A DNA stretch of 56,831 nucleotides from Oscillospiraceae bacterium. GTDB taxonomy: Bacteria; Bacillota; Clostridia; Oscillospirales; Oscillospiraceae. The notes under the pieces were generated by a model that was not told where the DNA came from, did not search any database, and was given only the letters and a program-made list of their open reading frames with translations. The translations under genes and the position numbers were made by a program. Positions 1 to 10,460 of the stretch are shown here, one piece after another. The DNA is taken from assembly GCA_009786445.1 (NCBI GenBank), contig WQTE01000001.1, forward strand, positions 1 to 56,831, in the 5' to 3' direction. Every line of letters starts with the position of its first letter. The stretch's first letter is position 1.

Positions 1-33
1 TAGAGAAAAATTGTTTAACTAGGAGGATGAACA

Positions 34-390
34 ATGGCAACAGTCTTAATCGTTGACGACGCAGCATTTATGCGGATATCGATTAAAAACATGCTCACAA
101 AAAACGGCTATGACGTCGTTGGCGAGGCTGAGAATGGTTTAATCGCCGTCGATATGTACAAGGAGCTGCAGCCCGACATCGTCACTATGGACATCACTAT
201 GCCGGAAATGACCGGTCTTGATGCTCTTAAGGAAATCACAAAGATTGACCCTCAATCAAAAGTTGTCATGGTTTCTGCTATGGGGCAGGAAGCAATGGTT
301 CGCGATGCAATCGTTTCCGGTGCAAAAGGCTTTATTGTAAAACCGTTTAAAGAGGATGGCATCATTGCAGCGTTGAAAAAGCTCGCCTAG
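34..390 (+). CDS. cheY: CheY-like single-domain response regulator
   Basis: 118 aa receiver domain. Acidic pocket (IVDDAAFMR), phospho-acceptor Asp in DIVTMDITMPEM, conserved VSAMG and KPF motifs. AGGAGG RBS upstream. Lies directly upstream of cheA. Confidence 0.9.
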   Translation: MATVLIVDDAAFMRISIKNMLTKNGYDVVGEAENGLIAVDMYKELQPDIVTMDITMPEMTGLDALKEITKIDPQSKVVMVSAMGQEAMVRDAIVSGAKGFIVKPFKEDGIIAALKKLA

Positions 391-445
391 TATATTTTTA
401 TATTATTCCGAGGCTTTCGGTTTTTCGCTGTGTATATGACCCATT

Positions 446-2629
446 ATGGCCCACTGTATTTTTAAGTACTATGAAATGGTAGGTAACACTATGATGCGTG
501 AACTAGACCCCATGTTGGACGTGTTTATCTTTGAGACTCAGCAACTGCTCGAGTCTCTTGAGGAAACGCTTCTTAAAAGTGAGAAAGAGAAGAACTTAAC
601 AGATGATCACATCAACGAAATTTTTCGGGTTATGCACACTGTTAAAGGTTCTGCGGCGATGATGTCCTTCGACAACCTGACAAAGCTCGCTCATGCGCTT
701 GAGGATATGTTTGATAAAATCCGCGAGGGCAAGACCCGCAAGGATGTTGAAGCTATTGAGGGCGTAACAGAACTTGTTCTTGAAGCCGGAGACAAACTCA
801 GAGTTGAGGTTGACAAACTTTTGTCCGGTGCTGAATCAGATGGTGATTTTACAGAGCTCAGTGGTAGGATACATCGTTACACAGATGTAATTATGGGTCC
901 TGCACCTGCTGCGGCTGCACCTGCACCTCCACCTGTAGCGAGCGAGGCACCACCTCCACCTGTGGAAAGTGAAGTCTCTGCACCGCCACCCGCTGCTGCG
1001 GCGCCGCCTCCGCCTCCGCCGCCCCCGAGCGACATACCCACCGGCGATGATATGAGCGAACCTGCCGATGCTGACCACACAGATTATGGTACTCCGCTTT
1101 ACAAGGTCAGGTTAACCTTTGAGCAAGGTTGCCAAATGGAGAATCTGCGTGCCTTTGGTGTCGTCACGGCTTTAAATGACTATATCCAAAGACTTATTCA
1201 TTATCCTATGGACCTGGAAGATTCAGAGTCCAGTGAAGTAATCGTTAAAAATGGATTTACACTATTTGTTCAAACCGGAGAGAATCCGGATTCTCTAAAG
1301 AAGTTGGTAGAATCTATTATGTATGTTGAAAATTCGAGTGTCATTTCCCTACCTCCTGACAGCGACGAGCTTCCTCCATCAATGAGGGCTAAACCTGCTG
1401 CCGATGAGAAATCGCAGGTGGTTGAGGAGAGCAAACAATCTCTTACTGAAACTGCTGTCAAACAGAACTTTATCAGTGTCAATGTAAATAAACTCGACAA
1501 ACTCATGAATCTCATGGGTGAGATTGTCACAACCGAGTCTATGGTTACAAAGAATCCTGAGGTAGCCAGTCTCCACATTGATTCATTTGAGCGCAGCAGC
1601 CAAGAACTCAGGAAACTCATCAACGAGCTCCAAGAAATTGTTATGTCCATACGTATGCTACCTGTTTCAAACTCATTCCAGAAGATGCGCCGTATTGTAC
1701 GTGATGTCAGTAAGGCTGTCGGCAAGGAAGTTGAGCTCGTTCTCATCGGTGAGGAAACAGAGGTTGATAAAAACATCATTGATAATCTCTCAGACCCACT
1801 CATGCACCTCATCCGCAACGCTGTTGACCACGGCATTGAGAAGCCCGATGCCCGTTTGAAGGCAGGTAAACCTTCTCAAGGCACGCTCACTCTCGAAGCC
1901 AGAAGCACCGGCGGCGATGTTGTTATCCTTATTTCAGACGATGGTAAAGGGCTTGACCGCAAATCTATTTTGCGTAAGGCAAACGAAAAGGGTATCACCA
2001 CAAAGCCTGATGCTGAGTATACCGATAACGAAGTCCATCACTTGATTTTCCACCCCGGTTTCTCGACAAACGAAGAAGTTACCGAGTTCTCGGGTCGCGG
2101 TGTCGGTATGGATGTTGTCAAGCGTAATATTGACAAGGTTGGCGGCACTATCTCCCTCGAAAGCACCCCGGGCGAAGGAATGAGCGTTCAAATCCGTATT
2201 CCGCTCACACTTGCTATCATCGACGGCATGAAGCTGCGTGTCGGAAAACTTCTCTTCATCGTTCCGATGCTTTCCATTCAAGAGTCATTTAAACCCAACG
2301 ATGGTGATGTTTTCCTCGATCCTGATGGCAGTGAGATGATTATGATTCGCGGCGAATGTTATCCCGTACTCAGGCTGTACAAAATTTTCAGTATTGAGTC
2401 TGACTACGAGACCCTTGATAATGGAATTCTCGTTATGATTTCCACCGATACTACCACATTTTGCTTGTTTGTTGATGAACTTATCGGTGAGCAACAAGCT
2501 GTTATCAAACCACTTCCCGAATACATTCAAAAACACAACACAGGAATGCACGGTCTCGGAGGTTGTGCAGTTCTCGGAGATGGTTCAATCAGTCTTATCA
2601 TTGACATTAACACCCTGGTCACTGACTGA
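446..2629 (+). CDS. cheA: Chemotaxis histidine kinase CheA
   Basis: Hpt motif HTVKGSAAMM. HATPase N-box DPLMHLIRNAVDHG, G-boxes DDGKGLD and GRGVGMDVV. C-terminal CheW-like domain. Long Pro/Ala-rich linker after P1. The true start may be ATG 491 (MMRELDPMLDVF...). Confidence 0.9.
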   Translation: MAHCIFKYYEMVGNTMMRELDPMLDVFIFETQQLLESLEETLLKSEKEKNLTDDHINEIFRVMHTVKGSAAMMSFDNLTKLAHALEDMFDKIREGKTRKDVEAIEGVTELVLEAGDKLRVEVDKLLSGAESDGDFTELSGRIHRYTDVIMGPAPAAAAPAPPPVASEAPPPPVESEVSAPPPAAAAPPPPPPPPSDIPTGDDMSEPADADHTDYGTPLYKVRLTFEQGCQMENLRAFGVVTALNDYIQRLIHYPMDLEDSESSEVIVKNGFTLFVQTGENPDSLKKLVESIMYVENSSVISLPPDSDELPPSMRAKPAADEKSQVVEESKQSLTETAVKQNFISVNVNKLDKLMNLMGEIVTTESMVTKNPEVASLHIDSFERSSQELRKLINELQEIVMSIRMLPVSNSFQKMRRIVRDVSKAVGKEVELVLIGEETEVDKNIIDNLSDPLMHLIRNAVDHGIEKPDARLKAGKPSQGTLTLEARSTGGDVVILISDDGKGLDRKSILRKANEKGITTKPDAEYTDNEVHHLIFHPGFSTNEEVTEFSGRGVGMDVVKRNIDKVGGTISLESTPGEGMSVQIRIPLTLAIIDGMKLRVGKLLFIVPMLSIQESFKPNDGDVFLDPDGSEMIMIRGECYPVLRLYKIFSIESDYETLDNGILVMISTDTTTFCLFVDELIGEQQAVIKPLPEYIQKHNTGMHGLGGCAVLGDGSISLIIDINTLVTD

Positions 2630-2650
2630 TAAATTGCATATATCAATACA

Positions 2651-2681
2651 CAAAGGGGCGTTGATACGCTCCTTTGTTTAT
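2651..2681 (+). terminator. Candidate intrinsic terminator after cheA
   Basis: Stem CAAAGGGGCG / CGCTCCTTTG (one mismatch), 6-nt loop, followed by TTTAT. Confidence 0.5.
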
Positions 2682-2712
2682 AGTTTGTGCACGATTTTGT
2701 AACACTTTTTTG

Positions 2713-2741
2713 TTGACTTCTGCTTTTTTTTGGAGTAGAGT
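2713..2741 (+). promoter_or_regulatory. Candidate sigma-70-type promoter of the atp operon
   Basis: TTGACT (2713-2718), 17-nt spacer, TAGAGT (2736-2741), just upstream of the atpI-like ORF. Confidence 0.35.
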
Positions 2742-2753
2742 AATTCTTTAGAA

Positions 2754-3068
2754 ATGAGGTTGGTTTTAATGCATATAGCATTAGGTCTTATCATTGGTAT
2801 GATTTCGGGCACTATCCAATTTTTTATGCTGTCTAAATTCACAGGCGCCATATCCCAAGGCAAAGTCAGCAACAAAACTGTTTTGTTTGCACTTACACAA
2901 TTTCTTTTTCCTTTTGCTGTCTTGGTTATCTGTGCTTTTTTCATTCAGGACAGTCTCATGTGGGCGGGAATCGGCATGGGTGCAGCTCTCATAACTTCCG
3001 CAGTTGTAAAGTTTTTGATTTCCTCTCGCACAAGCAATGTAAAATCTCGGCCATCCGCAAAAAAGTGA
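2754..3068 (+). CDS. Small membrane protein, AtpI/AtpZ-like (ATP synthase protein I position)
   Basis: 104 aa with 3-4 hydrophobic helices. Occupies the position immediately upstream of atpB that atpI has in F-type operons. Assigned by position and hydrophobicity only. Confidence 0.5.
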   Translation: MRLVLMHIALGLIIGMISGTIQFFMLSKFTGAISQGKVSNKTVLFALTQFLFPFAVLVICAFFIQDSLMWAGIGMGAALITSAVVKFLISSRTSNVKSRPSAKK

Positions 3069-3092
3069 TTTTACTCTAGGTGGTGAAGTAGG

Positions 3093-3980
3093 GTGTTTAA
3101 CATAATATTTCTCTGCATCTCTATCCCCCTTATTTTAGGTGGAGTCCTGTGGCGCCGAAAGATTGACTCCACTATCCATGCGGATACGCCTGTCCCAACA
3201 CCTGTAAAGCGGCTCCGGCTTATTTCTGTTTCTGTTGCTGTTCTGGGCGGTTACATATTTGTCACACGCCTGCTTTCGATAATTTTTGGTCCCCGCGAGA
3301 GCGAGGAGCTCGGTTTTTCGCTCTGGCAGGAGCGGATTGATGTTTTTGGCTACAGTCTGAGTTATACTGTGATTTACACTTGGCTTGCCATGGCGATTTT
3401 GATTATTTTGGCTCTGATACTTCGATTTACCGTGTTCAAAATCCCCAAGGATGAACCGAGCGGTGTGCAAAATGCTGTTGAGCTTATCGTTGAGGCTGTC
3501 GGAAATTACACTCAGGCTCAGACACACGGTGCCGGCGAGATGCTTGCCTCGTACATTCTCACCATTGCATCACTCATGATTACCAGCGCTTTCCTTGAGC
3601 TTTTCAGGATTCGCCCGCCGATGTCCGATATCACAATGACTTTTGCGCTTGCCCTCATTACATTTATTTTGATAAATATTTACGGCATTCGCAAAAAGGG
3701 CGTTGTTGGCAGGATAAAATCTCTTGCTTCCCCGACTCCGCTTGTTTTTCCCTTTAGGGTTATCTCCGATATGGCAATTCCGGTTTCCATGGCGTGCCGT
3801 TTGTTTGGCAATATGCTTGGTGGTCTGATTGTTATGGATTTACTTTATACAGCTTTGGGGACGGGAGCTGTCGGTATTCCAAGTGTCGCCGGTCTCTATT
3901 TTAACGCTTTTCATCCGATTATACAGGCTTTTATCTTCGTCACTTTGACTTTAACATTTATTAATGAGGCTACTGAATGA
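3093..3980 (+). CDS. atpB: F0 ATP synthase subunit a
   Basis: 295 aa polytopic membrane protein with the stator arginine motif (MACRLFGNMLGG). GTG start. Operon position before the c subunit. Confidence 0.85.
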   Translation: MFNIIFLCISIPLILGGVLWRRKIDSTIHADTPVPTPVKRLRLISVSVAVLGGYIFVTRLLSIIFGPRESEELGFSLWQERIDVFGYSLSYTVIYTWLAMAILIILALILRFTVFKIPKDEPSGVQNAVELIVEAVGNYTQAQTHGAGEMLASYILTIASLMITSAFLELFRIRPPMSDITMTFALALITFILINIYGIRKKGVVGRIKSLASPTPLVFPFRVISDMAIPVSMACRLFGNMLGGLIVMDLLYTALGTGAVGIPSVAGLYFNAFHPIIQAFIFVTLTLTFINEATE

Positions 3981-4020
3981 TTTTGTGGTTATTTTTTGAC
4001 TCGAATTTTTAAGGAAAGGC

Positions 4021-4245
4021 ATGGTCATTATTATGGATACTATCGGAATTTCACTAGCACTTTTATCTTGTGCTACGGCTGCGATTGCAATGGGTTTTGC
4101 CACAGGGAAGGCTCTTGATGCGGTTGCACGCCAGCCTGAGTCGTCAGGTAAGATTAACAGCATTTTGCTTTTGGGTCTCGCACTAACCGAGTCCGCTGCA
4201 ATCTACGGGTTTGTAATCGCTCTTATCTTGATTTTCACCCGGTAA
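4021..4245 (+). CDS. atpE: F0 ATP synthase subunit c
   Basis: 74 aa helical hairpin with ARQPE loop and carboxylate in LALTESAAIYG. Confidence 0.9.
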   Translation: MVIIMDTIGISLALLSCATAAIAMGFATGKALDAVARQPESSGKINSILLLGLALTESAAIYGFVIALILIFTR

Positions 4246-4290
4246 GCGCTGCCCGCCTCTAACAAAGCACCTTGAAAGGGTTGATGAGTT

Positions 4291-4758
4291 TTGGATATTC
4301 ATCCTGAAGATGTAATAATCAGCATCATAAATGTTGTCGTGCTCTTCATTTTGCTGCGCCTGATTCTCTGGAAGCATGTTATCCGCTATCTTTCTGAGAG
4401 GTCAGCACGTATCAAAAAGCAGTTTGACGATGCGAAAGACAAAGAGCAGCAAGCCTTGACTCTTATGTCGCAGTATGATGAAAAAATCGGAAACCTTGAT
4501 GAGCGAGACCGTGAGATGCTGCTTGCGAGTAAAGAGCGGGCATCAAAAGAGGCTGAGTTGATTTTGGAAAAGGCGCATGATGATGCCGCTATTATGATTC
4601 GCGATGCTGAAAATCGTATAGCTATGGAGAAAACTCAAGCGCTGGAAGAAGCTCATGAAGAAGTAACAAGACTGGCTGCGGACATGGCTTCACGCATTTT
4701 ACACCGCGAAGTTTCCGCTTCGGACAACGAAAATGTAGTAGAAGACTTTTTTAAGTAA
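4291..4758 (+). CDS. atpF: F0 ATP synthase subunit b
   Basis: 155 aa with a single N-terminal TM helix, then a long charged coiled-coil-like region. TTG start. Operon position. Confidence 0.8.
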   Translation: MDIHPEDVIISIINVVVLFILLRLILWKHVIRYLSERSARIKKQFDDAKDKEQQALTLMSQYDEKIGNLDERDREMLLASKERASKEAELILEKAHDDAAIMIRDAENRIAMEKTQALEEAHEEVTRLAADMASRILHREVSASDNENVVEDFFK

Positions 4759-4800
4759 TCAAACTCACGCAGATAATATGATAAACTATCGAGGTGAATT

Positions 4801-6537
4801 ATGGACACCAGACCTATTTTGATTGTGGTTTCAAAAAATGACGAGCATCTTATTTCGTCCATAAAGACAGGTTTTGAGAACAAGTTTGAAAGAACTCTCG
4901 ATTTTGAGATTGTGGAAAGCCGGAAGATAGCAGGTGGTTTTATTGCTGTTATTGATGGTAATGTGTATGATGCGAGTTTTTCTTCGCGATTGCACGAGCT
5001 TTCCCGCCGGATGATTCACCCTGATGAGAAAACTTCTGCCACCGAATCTTCTTTCTCTTCTGTTGGTGCTATCTTAAAAGAACGTATTATGGCACGTGAG
5101 CCTGACCCTATCGTTTATGAATACGGTATTGTCAAAAGCTATAGTGATGATATTGTTCATGTTGAGGGACTTGCAAGTTGCCACTACGGTGAGCTTTTGA
5201 CTTTTGACGGCGGGGCTGTCGGGCTTGCTCTTGACCTCGTTTTAGGTGGTGTCGGTGCTGCGCTTCTTGGCGGCAGCGTTTCCACCACGAGCCTTGTAAG
5301 AAAATCGGGGCGCATTGCTGAGATTTGCGTTGGTGAAAAGACCTTGGGTCGTGTCATTGACCCCTTAGGTCAACCACTTGATGGCAGAGAGCTAAACGCC
5401 GATAAGTTCCGCCCTATTGAGTCTCACGCACCGTCACTCATGGATCGCTCGCCTGTTAATACCCCGCTGGAAACAGGCATTTTGGCCATTGACAGTATGA
5501 TTCCTATTGGGCGTGGTCAAAGAGAGCTTATTATCGGCGACAGACAAACAGGCAAAACTTCTATTGCTTTATCCGCGATTTTAAACCAAAAAGATACCGG
5601 GGTTCTGTGTGTCTACTGCGCTATCGGACAAAAGACCTCTACCGTTTCAAGTCTGGTGCACACTCTTGAAACCGCCGGAGCTATGGCGCACACTGTAGTT
5701 GTCGCAGCTATGGCTCACGATACGGCTGCCATGCAATATATTGCTCCTTATGCCGCTTGCGCAGTCGCAGAGGAGTTTATGTATAGCGGGAAAGATGTGC
5801 TCATTGTCTATGACGACCTTTCAAAACACGCTGTCGCCTACAGGACCATGTCGCTTCTGCTTCGCCGGCCTTCAGGGCGTGAGGCTTATCCCGGCGATGT
5901 TTTTTATCTGCACAGCCGTCTGCTGGAACGTGCAGCTAAGCTCTCTCCCGAGCTTGGAGGCGGTTCTATGACAGCTTTGCCTGTTATCGAGACGATGGCA
6001 GGTGATATTTCAGCGTATATCCCGACAAATGTCATCTCTATAACTGACGGGCAGATTTATCTTGAAACTGCAATGTTCAACGCAGGTCAGCGCCCTGCCG
6101 TCAATGTTGGGCTCTCTGTTTCACGTGTCGGCCGCAGTGCGCAAAGAAAGGCTATGCGTGCTGTATCCGGTAGTTTGCGGCTTGAGATTGCACAGTACAG
6201 AGATATGGCAGTTTTTGCTCAGTTTGGAGCTGATATCGACTCTGCTACTTCTTCAATGCTCCGGCGCGGTGAGCGTCTTGTGAAGCTTCTGGTTCAGCCC
6301 AGAGAGCGCACATACAAGCTGTCTGAGCAGGTTGTTTTGCTTTTGGCGGCGGAAGATGGCTTGTTTGACAAATTTGAGCTTGCCGCAGTGACCGAAACTG
6401 CCGCTGCTCTCCTTGAGTTTACTAAGGAGAACGCAGGGGCTATTTTGGATAATATTGATAGCATAACAGAGCTTCTTGATGGTGACAAAGCAGCACTCCG
6501 GCAGGTTTTTGAGAAATTCTTGCCAAAGCAAGCATAA
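4801..6537 (+). CDS. atpA: F1 ATP synthase alpha subunit carrying an N-terminal delta(OSCP) C-terminal-domain-like segment
   Basis: 578 aa. Residues about 95-578 are a canonical alpha subunit (GDRQTGKTSIA Walker A, LIVYDDLSKHA, GREAYPGDVFYLHSRLLERA). Residues about 1-72 (..IAGGFIAVIDGNVYDASFSSRLHELSRRM) resemble the C-terminal domain of subunit delta. There is no separate atpH between atpF and this gene. Confidence 0.85.
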   Translation: MDTRPILIVVSKNDEHLISSIKTGFENKFERTLDFEIVESRKIAGGFIAVIDGNVYDASFSSRLHELSRRMIHPDEKTSATESSFSSVGAILKERIMAREPDPIVYEYGIVKSYSDDIVHVEGLASCHYGELLTFDGGAVGLALDLVLGGVGAALLGGSVSTTSLVRKSGRIAEICVGEKTLGRVIDPLGQPLDGRELNADKFRPIESHAPSLMDRSPVNTPLETGILAIDSMIPIGRGQRELIIGDRQTGKTSIALSAILNQKDTGVLCVYCAIGQKTSTVSSLVHTLETAGAMAHTVVVAAMAHDTAAMQYIAPYAACAVAEEFMYSGKDVLIVYDDLSKHAVAYRTMSLLLRRPSGREAYPGDVFYLHSRLLERAAKLSPELGGGSMTALPVIETMAGDISAYIPTNVISITDGQIYLETAMFNAGQRPAVNVGLSVSRVGRSAQRKAMRAVSGSLRLEIAQYRDMAVFAQFGADIDSATSSMLRRGERLVKLLVQPRERTYKLSEQVVLLLAAEDGLFDKFELAAVTETAAALLEFTKENAGAILDNIDSITELLDGDKAALRQVFEKFLPKQA

Positions 6538-6601
6538 AGTAAGCATTTAATTTTGCAGATGATATGCTGTTTGCGTACTGTTTTCGAGTGAACAATATCA
6601 T

Positions 6602-8933
<2,332 letters not shown>

Positions 8934-8949
8934 TGGGGTAGGTACTTCT

Positions 8950-9357
8950 ATGAAACTTTTCAACCTAAAAATTCTTACTCCTGAGCGAGTGTTTTTTGAC
9001 GGAGAAGTTGAGGCTGTTTCAGCCGATGCTCCTGATGGGAATGTTACGATTTTAGCTGATCACGTACCTTTTATCATGCCTGTCGTTGTTGGGGATATTA
9101 AGATAAAAAAAGATGGCAAATGGAATGAGTCTGTCAATTCCGAGGGGTTTTTGGAAGTTCGCTTAGACGGTGTGCTGATTTTTGTTCAGTCTTGTTTGCA
9201 CCCGGAAGAGATAGACCTGAGCCGTGCTGAGGCTTCGCGCAGACTTGAGCTTGAACGTCTACGCCAGAAGCAGAGTATGAGTGAGTACAAATCTTCTCAA
9301 ATTGCTCTGGCCCGTGCCGTCGCCCGCTTGAATCTGGCGAAAAAATCGTTAAATTAA
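8950..9357 (+). CDS. atpC: F1 ATP synthase epsilon subunit
   Basis: MKLFNLKILTPERVFFDGEVEAV... is a typical epsilon beta-sandwich N-terminus plus C-terminal helices. I prefer the internal ATG 8950 over the ORF-track start at 8911, which overlaps atpD. Confidence 0.85.
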   Translation: MKLFNLKILTPERVFFDGEVEAVSADAPDGNVTILADHVPFIMPVVVGDIKIKKDGKWNESVNSEGFLEVRLDGVLIFVQSCLHPEEIDLSRAEASRRLELERLRQKQSMSEYKSSQIALARAVARLNLAKKSLN

Positions 9358-9372
9358 AATCAGAGGATTAGT

Positions 9373-10263
9373 ATGCTTGAGTTTTCTAAATTACAGATTA
9401 GTGATATTGGTAGGTTAAGACCATTTATACGTAGCGGCAATACCAGAGTTTGCAATAATACTGTCGGCAGCATTTTTATGTGGAGAGATTATTTTTCCAC
9501 GGAGTATGCCATTTGGGGAGATAGTGTCATCTTTAAAGTGAAGGCTAGACACGATGATATTGACACTATGTTTTCCATCCCGCTCGGCGGCGATTACATT
9601 TCCGGAACCGATAAGGTCAACGAGTACTGCCATGGTCATAATATCCCTGTCGTCTATTACGCTTTGACCGAGAACGACCTCGAACCTCTCCGGTCAATTT
9701 ATAGCAGCCACGAGCTTTTTTCTGATGATGACTGGGGTGATTATGTTTACAATGCTTCCGACCTTATCACTCTTGCCGGCAGGAAGTATAGTGGTAAGCG
9801 CAACCACATAAACCAGTTTAAAAAAGATAATCCTGATTACTCTTTTGAGGAGATTACTTCCGCTAATTTCGCTGAGGTCAGAGATTTTTACGATGAACTT
9901 AGCCGCGATTTAGTTTTTACTTCCAAGACTGCATCGGAAGACCACGACAAGACTCTTGAGGTGCTTTCTAACTACGAGGCTTATGCCCCTCTCGGCGGGC
10001 TTTTGCGCACTCGCGGCTCTGTTGTCGCTTTTTCTGCCGGAGATATTATCGGTGATATGCTTTTTGTACATATCGAAAAAGCTGATACACTTTTCAGAGG
10101 TGCATATCAAGTTATTAACAATGAGTTTGCCAAGCATTTTGCTTCTGACGGTATTTTATTTATCAACAGAGAGGAAGATGAGGGCGACCTGGGTCTACGC
10201 TTTTCAAAAAACTCCTATCACCCTGTAGAGATTACAAGAAAGTACATTTTTATCGTCCTGTGA
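9373..10263 (+). CDS. DUF2156 / LPG-synthase-C-like (GNAT-fold) domain protein
   Basis: 296 aa. The N-terminal pattern (..NNTVGSIFMWRDYFSTEYAIWGD..) and length match the family as I remember it. Only 15 nt downstream of atpC. Confidence 0.55.
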   Translation: MLEFSKLQISDIGRLRPFIRSGNTRVCNNTVGSIFMWRDYFSTEYAIWGDSVIFKVKARHDDIDTMFSIPLGGDYISGTDKVNEYCHGHNIPVVYYALTENDLEPLRSIYSSHELFSDDDWGDYVYNASDLITLAGRKYSGKRNHINQFKKDNPDYSFEEITSANFAEVRDFYDELSRDLVFTSKTASEDHDKTLEVLSNYEAYAPLGGLLRTRGSVVAFSAGDIIGDMLFVHIEKADTLFRGAYQVINNEFAKHFASDGILFINREEDEGDLGLRFSKNSYHPVEITRKYIFIVL

Positions 10264-10460
10264 TATAGCCGCAAGCCAGTCCCTGTGAAAATGATTGTGT
10301 CTTAGGCGTAGCAAATTAGCGACTCACGGCGAAATTTCGGAAAAGTGCTCGCACTGTCTGAGCGAAGCGAGTTTGCGAGCACCCGAAATGAGCCGATGAG
10401 TCGCTTTTTGCGGATGCCGTTAAGCAATCATTTTCACAGGGACTGGCTTGCGGCTATATC
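10262..10460. repeat. 199-nt palindromic intergenic element with 36-nt perfect terminal inverted repeats
   Basis: 10262-10297 (GATATAGCCGCAAGCCAGTCCCTGTGAAAATGATTG) is the exact reverse complement of 10425-10460. The 127-nt core is itself an imperfect palindrome. Fills the convergent gap and overlaps the eda 3' end. Confidence 0.85.

Noticed and set aside
836-1080. Two overlapping minus-strand ORFs (Gly-rich and Arg-rich, 67-80 aa)
   Set aside because: They are mirror images of the Pro/Ala-rich CheA linker (CCN/GCN codons read as GGN/CGN/NGC on the other strand). They are not genes.
1270-2551. Several 88-188-aa minus-strand ORFs inside cheA
   Set aside because: They are antisense to a well-supported CheA kinase/CheW-like region. 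No motifs, no RBS.
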